Positions 58,144-64,000 of a stretch of 64,000 nt of DNA are shown piece after piece. The notes beneath the pieces were generated by a model that saw only the letters and a program-made list of their open reading frames with translations, had not been told where the DNA came from and made no database searches. The DNA is from Thiohalomonadales bacterium (GTDB taxonomy: Bacteria > Pseudomonadota > Gammaproteobacteria > RBG-16-57-12), in the NCBI GenBank assembly GCA_050295955.1, contig JBNKQQ010000076.1, positions 18,255-82,254 of the forward strand. The letters are read 5' to 3'. The number at the start of each line of letters is the position of its first letter. Positions within the stretch are counted from its first letter, which is position 1. A program made the position numbers and the translations under genes.

Positions 58144-59370
58144 ATGACGGCGATAAAGGCGGTAGATCTACTGATTATCGGTGGCGGCATGGTGGGGGCG
58201 AGCCTCGCCTGTGCACTCCGGGACAAGCCCATCAATATCGCCATTGTTGAAGCGGTACCGCTTCGTTCTGATCAACAGCCCGCCTATGATGATCGTGCCA
58301 TTGCACTGGCCTACGGTAGTCAGCAGATCTTCCAGGGGATGGGGATTTGGAAATCCATCTCCCGCTACGCCACTTCCATCAAAAAGATCCACGTCTCTGA
58401 TCGTGGCCACTTCGGCATTACCCGCCTGGATCATAAAAAAGAGGGGGTGGATGCCCTGGGGCAGGTGGTCTTGGGGCGGGATATGGGTAATGTGCTGGCT
58501 GATCAACTGGAACAGCAACAGAATGTTGAACTGATTACACCCGCGACCCTTGTTCAGATCCGCTATGTGGAGGGTGGTGTTGAGGTCACCATCAATCAGG
58601 GCGAACAGACTCAGACCATTCAGGCCAAGTTGTTGGTTGCTGCCGATGGGGGTAACTCGACAGTGCGACAGCTTTTGGATATCGACAGTGTGAGTGATGA
58701 TTATGGCCAGACCGCTATCATTGCCAACATCACTCCCAGTCGCCCACACAATAATATCGCTTATGAGCGCTTTACCGACTCTGGCCCCCTGGCGCTGTTG
58801 CCGATGAGTGATAACCGCTGCTCCCTGGTGTGGACCCAGTGGAATTCAGATGTGAATGAGGTGATGGCGTTGGACGATGACGCTTTTCTGGCCCGCCTAC
58901 AGGAGCGCTTCGGCTACCGTTTGGGAAGACTGGAGAGGGTGGGCGAACGTGCCGCCTATCCATTGCGCCTGATGCGCAGCAAGGAGCAGGTTCGCCCTCG
59001 TGTGGCACTGATTGGTAATGCCGCCCATGCTATCCATCCTATTGCCGGGCAGGGGTTTAATCTGGGAATACGCGACGTGGCGGTATTGGCAGAATGCCTC
59101 AGTGATGCACTTCATGGGGGGCAGGATATTGGCTCACTGACCATGTTACAGCGCTACGCCGCGTGGCGAGAACAAGACCATGACGAAGTGATCCGCTTTA
59201 CCGATGGTTTGGTTAGACTGTTCAGTAACCCGGATAAGATGGTCGCACTGGGGCGCAATATCGGCCTTACACTGATGGAGAAGTTGCCTCCCTTTAAACA
59301 CCTGCTCAGTCGCCAAGCTATGGGGCTGCGAGGTCGCCAATCCCGCCTGACTCGAGGACTCCCCCTATGA
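58144..59370 (+). CDS. ubiH: 2-octaprenyl-6-methoxyphenol hydroxylase (FAD-dependent).
   Basis: GGGMVG FAD motif, plus GNAAHAIHPIAGQGFNLG. Conserved position after pepP. Confidence 0.85.
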   Translation: MTAIKAVDLLIIGGGMVGASLACALRDKPINIAIVEAVPLRSDQQPAYDDRAIALAYGSQQIFQGMGIWKSISRYATSIKKIHVSDRGHFGITRLDHKKEGVDALGQVVLGRDMGNVLADQLEQQQNVELITPATLVQIRYVEGGVEVTINQGEQTQTIQAKLLVAADGGNSTVRQLLDIDSVSDDYGQTAIIANITPSRPHNNIAYERFTDSGPLALLPMSDNRCSLVWTQWNSDVNEVMALDDDAFLARLQERFGYRLGRLERVGERAAYPLRLMRSKEQVRPRVALIGNAAHAIHPIAGQGFNLGIRDVAVLAECLSDALHGGQDIGSLTMLQRYAAWREQDHDEVIRFTDGLVRLFSNPDKMVALGRNIGLTLMEKLPPFKHLLSRQAMGLRGRQSRLTRGLPL

Positions 59371-60602
59371 CCATGGAAACCCCTTTTGACTTGATTATTG
59401 TTGGTGGTGGTATGGTGGGGGCGGCACTGGCTTGTGCCATGGGGGAGCGGAATTTCCGTGTTGCGCTGGTTGAGGGGCGTGAACCTGATATCAGCTGGCC
59501 ACAGAATGATTACGAGATCCGCGTCAGTGCCATTACCCGAGCCTCACAACACGTATTTGAGAATCTGCACGCTTGGCACTACATGACTAAACGTCGGATC
59601 TGTGCCTACCGGCAGATGCAAGTGTGGGATGCTACTGGCAGTGGTCATATTCACTTCGATTGTGCCGAGATAGGCGAGCCAGATCTGGGACATATTATTG
59701 AGAATAGCGTGATTCAAGCCGGGCTGTGGGAGCGCATGTATCACCTACCTAACGTACACCGTTTCTGTCCTGATACCCCCCATAAATTGGAGGTCAGTGA
59801 TAAGCAGGCGAGTCTCACCCTGGATGATGGTCAAATACTGGAGGGACGTCTGCTGGTAGGGGCGGATGGTGGTCGCTCCTGGGTGCGTGAGCAGATGGGT
59901 ATAGAGAGTAAAGGTTGGGCCTATCAGCAAGATGCGTTGGTCTGCACTGTTCACCATGAATTGGATCACCAGGAGACCTGCTGGCAGCGCTTTGCCGCTG
60001 ATGGGCCATTGGCCTTTTTACCGTTGGACGAAAAAGTCTCTTCTATCGTGTGGTCTACCTCGCCGGAACATGCTCAAGTTCTGCTGGCGCTGGATGATAA
60101 CGCCTTTCTTAAAGAGTTGCAGTTGGCCTTTGGTGATAGCCTGGGGCGGATGCTAAAGGTGGGAGAGCGTGCGGCTTATCCCCTACGCCTTGGCCACACC
60201 ACCCAATATACCGCGCATCGATTAGCGTTGATTGGTGATGCGGCTCACTCCATTCATCCCCTGGCGGGACAAGGGGTTAATCTTGGCTTGGGAGATATGA
60301 GCACCCTGGTGGATGTATTGCTGGAGGCCAGTCAAAAAGGGGTAGACCTTGGTGACGCATTGGTCCTGCGTCGTTACGAACGAACCCGTAAAGCCGATAA
60401 TGTGGTCATGCTGGGGGCGATGGATGGCTTTAAGCGACTCTTTAGTAACGATCAACCAGTACTGAAATTTGCCCGTAATCTGGGGCTAAACCTCACCGAT
60501 AACCTACCACCTATTAAACAGCTCTTTATGCAGCAGGCATTGGGGTTAGCTAGTAATCGTGGCAGTTTAGCGGCAAAACCTGACAGTCACTATCAGCGAT
60601 AA
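59367..60602 (+). CDS. ubiI: 2-octaprenylphenol hydroxylase (UbiI/VisC).
   Basis: Paralogue of the preceding gene (GGGMVG, GDAAHSIHPLAGQGVNLG). The start overlaps the upstream stop. Confidence 0.8.
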   Translation: MTMETPFDLIIVGGGMVGAALACAMGERNFRVALVEGREPDISWPQNDYEIRVSAITRASQHVFENLHAWHYMTKRRICAYRQMQVWDATGSGHIHFDCAEIGEPDLGHIIENSVIQAGLWERMYHLPNVHRFCPDTPHKLEVSDKQASLTLDDGQILEGRLLVGADGGRSWVREQMGIESKGWAYQQDALVCTVHHELDHQETCWQRFAADGPLAFLPLDEKVSSIVWSTSPEHAQVLLALDDNAFLKELQLAFGDSLGRMLKVGERAAYPLRLGHTTQYTAHRLALIGDAAHSIHPLAGQGVNLGLGDMSTLVDVLLEASQKGVDLGDALVLRRYERTRKADNVVMLGAMDGFKRLFSNDQPVLKFARNLGLNLTDNLPPIKQLFMQQALGLASNRGSLAAKPDSHYQR

Positions 60603-60626
60603 AGCGGGCGTAATGCCCGCTTCGCT
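60603..60626. terminator. Bidirectional hairpin terminator.
   Basis: AGCGGGC-GTAAT-GCCCGCT, between two convergent genes. Confidence 0.6.
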
Positions 60627-60645
60627 TCGGCTAACCAAGTTGGCT

Positions 60646-61227
60646 TTAATTACCGGCAGAAGAGGCCGGTGGTGCCAGGATCATGTCCTTAAATTTACCC
60701 AGGCCTGTCTGTACCAGGGTAAAGGTCTGATCGATATTGTCGGCAATATCCCCTTTTAGTACCTGTAGCCCATCCAGGATATTGCGAGCTTCGTCGAAGC
60801 CCTGCTGGATGCCTCCGCCAATCACATCAAGAAAACCATTCAGGGCGTCTTCAGTGCTAAGCTCCGGGTGTTGCTCCTGATAGGCGCTAAAAAATCCGGT
60901 GGAGAAGCTGACGATGCGCTCAGCCGTTGCCTCTGGACTGAAGTCGATGCCGGCATCAAATGCCTTTTGGATCGCGTCATCCCCCAACTCTGGGGCTAAT
61001 ACCTCATTAATCTTGGCGATGGCACTTTTCAGTACCAATGCGAGAGGCTGGTCTTTTACGCCAAGAGTGGCTTCGGTGGCTTCTAATATAGAAACATTAA
61101 GTTTAGCCTTTGATTCCAAAGCAATTTTTGCCTGACTTGAGGCCTGTTCAGGGAGTTGAACTTCCTTTTCTTTGGGCTTCTGCGTATTGGCTTGGGCCAC
61201 GGGATTGTGAATGGATAGCGTATCCAT
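60646..61227 (-). CDS. Hypothetical protein.
   Basis: 193 aa and acidic, with no signal peptide and no recognisable catalytic motif. Confidence 0.35.
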   Translation of the reverse strand: MDTLSIHNPVAQANTQKPKEKEVQLPEQASSQAKIALESKAKLNVSILEATEATLGVKDQPLALVLKSAIAKINEVLAPELGDDAIQKAFDAGIDFSPEATAERIVSFSTGFFSAYQEQHPELSTEDALNGFLDVIGGGIQQGFDEARNILDGLQVLKGDIADNIDQTFTLVQTGLGKFKDMILAPPASSAGN

Positions 61228-61368
61228 AATTTTCCTCCTTTTGGAGACTCTCTGTTACTAAGTGTACTAGCGTCCGGGATAGAGAAAAGGATTAGTATTA
61301 TGCATTAAACTATGTGCAAACTTCACTAACGATAGTACCGCGATGACACCATGACTAGGGAGGATAAG

Positions 61369-62055
61369 ATGAAAAAGGTATGTATTATCGGGGCTTCCGG
61401 TAAGTTGGGGCAGTATATGGTGCAGCATGCACTGGATAAAGGGTATGAGGTGGTCGGAGTATGTCGTGAGCAAAGTGTACCGAAACTGGCGCGTTTTGCG
61501 GATAGGATGACCATTGTGGCGGGCGAGACCAATGATCCAGAGGTGATTGAAAAAGCGGTAGCAGGTTGTGATGGCGTGCTGACGGTTCTCGTTCCTTGGG
61601 GGGTTAAAGGTTACTCAACCGGTACGGCTCAGGCTGTGTTGGATTATGCACCCAAGGAGGCTAGACTGATCTTCTCTTGTGGTTGGCATATTACTCGTGA
61701 TGGAAAGGACCGCTATCCGACCAAGTTAAAGCTGTTTGTAGCGGTGTTTGGTTGGTTAGCGAAGTTGCTGCGTTTTGCAGACCTTAATGATCAAGTGGAG
61801 GCGTGTCGGCGCATTTTTGCTAGTGACGGTCGTTGGACTGTAGTGAGAGGGAGTGATTTGGAAGAGGGGGAAAGCCAGGGGCTACCAGTTTGGGGTCAGC
61901 ACGTGGGAGACCCGATATTGGACAGTAACTTGGTACGACGTATCGATTTTGCCTTATTTATGGTGGAAGCGCTGGAGAATGAGGAACTGGTTCAGGTAGC
62001 ACCTGCCATTGTGGGATCTCAGTCTCCATCAGCACTGGCTTACGCCAATCGCTGA
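61369..62055 (+). CDS. NAD(P)H-binding (NmrA/atypical SDR-like) oxidoreductase.
   Basis: Start MKKVCIIGASGKLGQ (the GxxGxxG Rossmann motif), with a GGGAGG SD. The track ORF starts 18 nt upstream. Confidence 0.65.
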   Translation: MKKVCIIGASGKLGQYMVQHALDKGYEVVGVCREQSVPKLARFADRMTIVAGETNDPEVIEKAVAGCDGVLTVLVPWGVKGYSTGTAQAVLDYAPKEARLIFSCGWHITRDGKDRYPTKLKLFVAVFGWLAKLLRFADLNDQVEACRRIFASDGRWTVVRGSDLEEGESQGLPVWGQHVGDPILDSNLVRRIDFALFMVEALENEELVQVAPAIVGSQSPSALAYANR

Positions 62056-62070
62056 TGGACGAAAACTGGA

Positions 62071-62778
62071 CTAGGCGGCCTGGAAAGCGGTTTTATTAGC
62101 GTTGTAGTCGGAAACCAGCTCATCGATAGCGGCTTGGTTATACTCTCGTAGGCCGCTGAGCACCATGCTTTTGGTACCTTTGCCTACTACGCTGCCGTTT
62201 TCCAGAACGTTAAAGGCGAGAGTGGCTTTACCGCGTTTGCCATCTACATCTAGTTTGGCTTCACTCAGCTGTAAATCTGGGTTACTAATTGCCAGATTAT
62301 CCAGATTAATGGACATACTTTCGTAAATGACCATGGGGCGCGAAGGGTTGATCATTACCCCATTCTCTTTCATTAGTGGTACCAGAATATGCGGGAAGGC
62401 TTGTCCGGAGAAAGCGACATAGCGTTTGATCAGATTTTCAATAAGAGATGGATCTGTATTGCTTTTCCCAGAGCGGGTAATGCTTAAATACTCTTTCCCA
62501 CTGGTATCACAGATTAGTAGCTGTTCGTTACTCTCTGGTAGAGTGAGTTGCTTGCCTTCATCTACCATTCCAGAAAAACTGAAGGTCATCTGTTCGCTAA
62601 TACCGTACTTATGTAGTACCAATGAGAACAGTAGATCGCCGGGTACGCAAAAACGCTTGGAATCTTCATCATGGATGGGGTTAAAGTCCCCTGCAATCTG
62701 CTTGGCGAAGGTGCTGCCCTGCTGACGGGTGAAGCGGATGCCACTGGCATCTTCGATGAAGAAGTTCTCTAAAAACAT
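62071..62778 (-). CDS. Hypothetical protein (possibly DUF3581-like).
   Basis: 235 aa with no motif I can assign confidently. Confidence 0.3.
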   Translation of the reverse strand: MFLENFFIEDASGIRFTRQQGSTFAKQIAGDFNPIHDEDSKRFCVPGDLLFSLVLHKYGISEQMTFSFSGMVDEGKQLTLPESNEQLLICDTSGKEYLSITRSGKSNTDPSLIENLIKRYVAFSGQAFPHILVPLMKENGVMINPSRPMVIYESMSINLDNLAISNPDLQLSEAKLDVDGKRGKATLAFNVLENGSVVGKGTKSMVLSGLREYNQAAIDELVSDYNANKTAFQAA

Positions 62779-62865
62779 GCGTAATTACCGGTATATGACA
62801 ATTTACTGATTGCTTATGTTAGCTCAGACAGCAGGGATTACGAAGTAAAATGCTGAAAAAATTCA

Positions 62866-63096
62866 TTATTTGCTGCGTAAAGGATCAAAAAGGTATTCAA
62901 GTCCGTTGATTTTGATCTCATGCACAATATGTAGTAACTCTCCCAATTCCCCCTTGGGAAAGCCCTTGTTGGCAAACCACACCACATAGGGCTCAGGCAG
63001 ATCGATGAGCAAACGGTCGGCGTATTTGCCGAAGGGCATACGATAGCGAGCCAGCTTGAGCATCAGCTCGGGATCACCAAAAGGGAGGTATTCCAT
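62866..63096 (-). CDS. DUF3820-family small protein.
   Basis: MPFGKYADRLLIDLPEPYVVWFANKGFPKGELG matches the DUF3820 core. It lies immediately downstream of the U32 peptidase. Confidence 0.5.
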   Translation of the reverse strand: MEYLPFGDPELMLKLARYRMPFGKYADRLLIDLPEPYVVWFANKGFPKGELGELLHIVHEIKINGLEYLFDPLRSK

Positions 63097-64000
63097 TAGA
63101 GGTATTTGGCCAGCAGCCCGTATTGGAAATCAGTCTTATCCATTGGGATCATCACTTCATGCCCCCCGCCGGCCGCTTGTTCTACGGCGTGGCCTTTCAG
63201 GTTCTCCATGTGCTCAACAGTAATATCGTGGTTACCGGTTGGGAGGATCAATTCTAATTTGTCGCCTACCTGGATCTTGTTCTTGGCCAGCACTTGAACC
63301 ATCCCTTTTTCATCGTCATAGCCGGTGATTTCACCCACAAATTGCTGGGCGTTGGCTTTGGAGTTGCCATCGATGTAGTTTTGGTGTTCCTGAGTGGTGT
63401 GGCGACGATAGAACCCATCGGTATAACCGCGGTTTGCCAAGCCTTCCAGCTTACCAAATAGTGCAGGATTAAAGGGGCGACCGGCAGCGGCATCATCAAT
63501 TGCTTGGCGATAGATCTGGGTGGTGCGCGCCGCATAGTAGTGGGATTTGGTGCGGCCTTCGATTTTTAAGGAGTCCACGCCTATCTCCGCCAGACGTTGC
63601 ACATGCTCAATAGCACGCAGATCCTTGGAGTTCATGATGTAGGTACCGTGATCGTCTTCGAAGATTGGCATTGTCTCACCTGGACGGCCTTTTTCTTCAA
63701 TGAGGTATACCCGGTTAGCCAGGGGGTGGCGCTTCATTTCTCCCAGGTCGGTGATTCCGGTCTGATTCATCGCCTCAAAAGGATCAAAGTCGATTTTTTG
63801 GGCATCGCCAGTGAGATCCTCTTCGGCATTGCTCATCTTGTATTCCCAGCGGCAGGAGTTGGTGCAGGTGCCTTGATTCGGATCACGATGGTTGAAATAG
63901 CCAGAGAGTAGGCAGCGTCCAGAGTAAGCGATACAGAGTGCACCATGCACGAATACCTCTAATTCCATATCCGGACACTCCTGGCGGATCTCGGCAATTT
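63096..64000 (-). CDS. Peptidase U32 (collagenase-like) family protein, partial; the N-terminus lies beyond the window edge.
   Basis: ELEVFVHGALCIAYSGRCLLS U32 signature. The ORF is open to the right edge. Confidence 0.8.
   Translation of the reverse strand, partial: IAEIRQECPDMELEVFVHGALCIAYSGRCLLSGYFNHRDPNQGTCTNSCRWEYKMSNAEEDLTGDAQKIDFDPFEAMNQTGITDLGEMKRHPLANRVYLIEEKGRPGETMPIFEDDHGTYIMNSKDLRAIEHVQRLAEIGVDSLKIEGRTKSHYYAARTTQIYRQAIDDAAAGRPFNPALFGKLEGLANRGYTDGFYRRHTTQEHQNYIDGNSKANAQQFVGEITGYDDEKGMVQVLAKNKIQVGDKLELILPTGNHDITVEHMENLKGHAVEQAAGGGHEVMIPMDKTDFQYGLLAKYL

Overview
This window reads as a roughly 52% GC gammaproteobacterial chromosomal segment. The ygfB-pepP-ubiH-ubiI block and the zapA-ssrS(6S RNA)-ygfA block show E. 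coli/Pseudomonas-like synteny. Most of the window is housekeeping: prlC, gor, aroE, hemB, adk, hpf, bioD, lipA, gcvT-H-PA-PB, rlmI, thyA, pepP, ubiH and ubiI. Between these sit signalling genes (a PAS sensor, a GGDEF-EAL protein, a CheB-CheR-PAS fusion, a hybrid histidine kinase and Crp/Fnr) and periplasmic redox proteins (cytochrome c', a small c-type cytochrome, a DHC/DUF1924 pair and a di-haem peroxidase).

Seven loci look less ordinary:
- An adenylate kinase fused in frame to an acidic linker and a lysine-rich histone-H1/AlgP-like tail of about 260 aa, encoded by roughly a dozen near-perfect 51-bp tandem repeats.
- A tight operon at 1-6017 of amide-bond enzymes and a transporter around an aspartate-carbamoyltransferase paralogue that appears to lack the aspartate-binding Arg/Gln pair. 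It also contains an unannotated 40-aa membrane micro-ORF coupled to the carbamoyltransferase start.
- A pair of paralogous Gly/Ala-rich exported proteins (one secreted, one lipoprotein), followed by a Nif11-like small protein with a perfect upstream palindrome and a pair of hydrolase genes.
- A MITE-like 132-bp element with 16-bp terminal inverted repeats and 11-bp flanking direct repeats.
- An AT-rich thyA island that looks horizontally acquired.
- A 6S RNA gene.
- A PAS sensor whose kinase-like C-terminal domain looks degenerate.

I found no CRISPR array, tRNA, rRNA or classical transposase.
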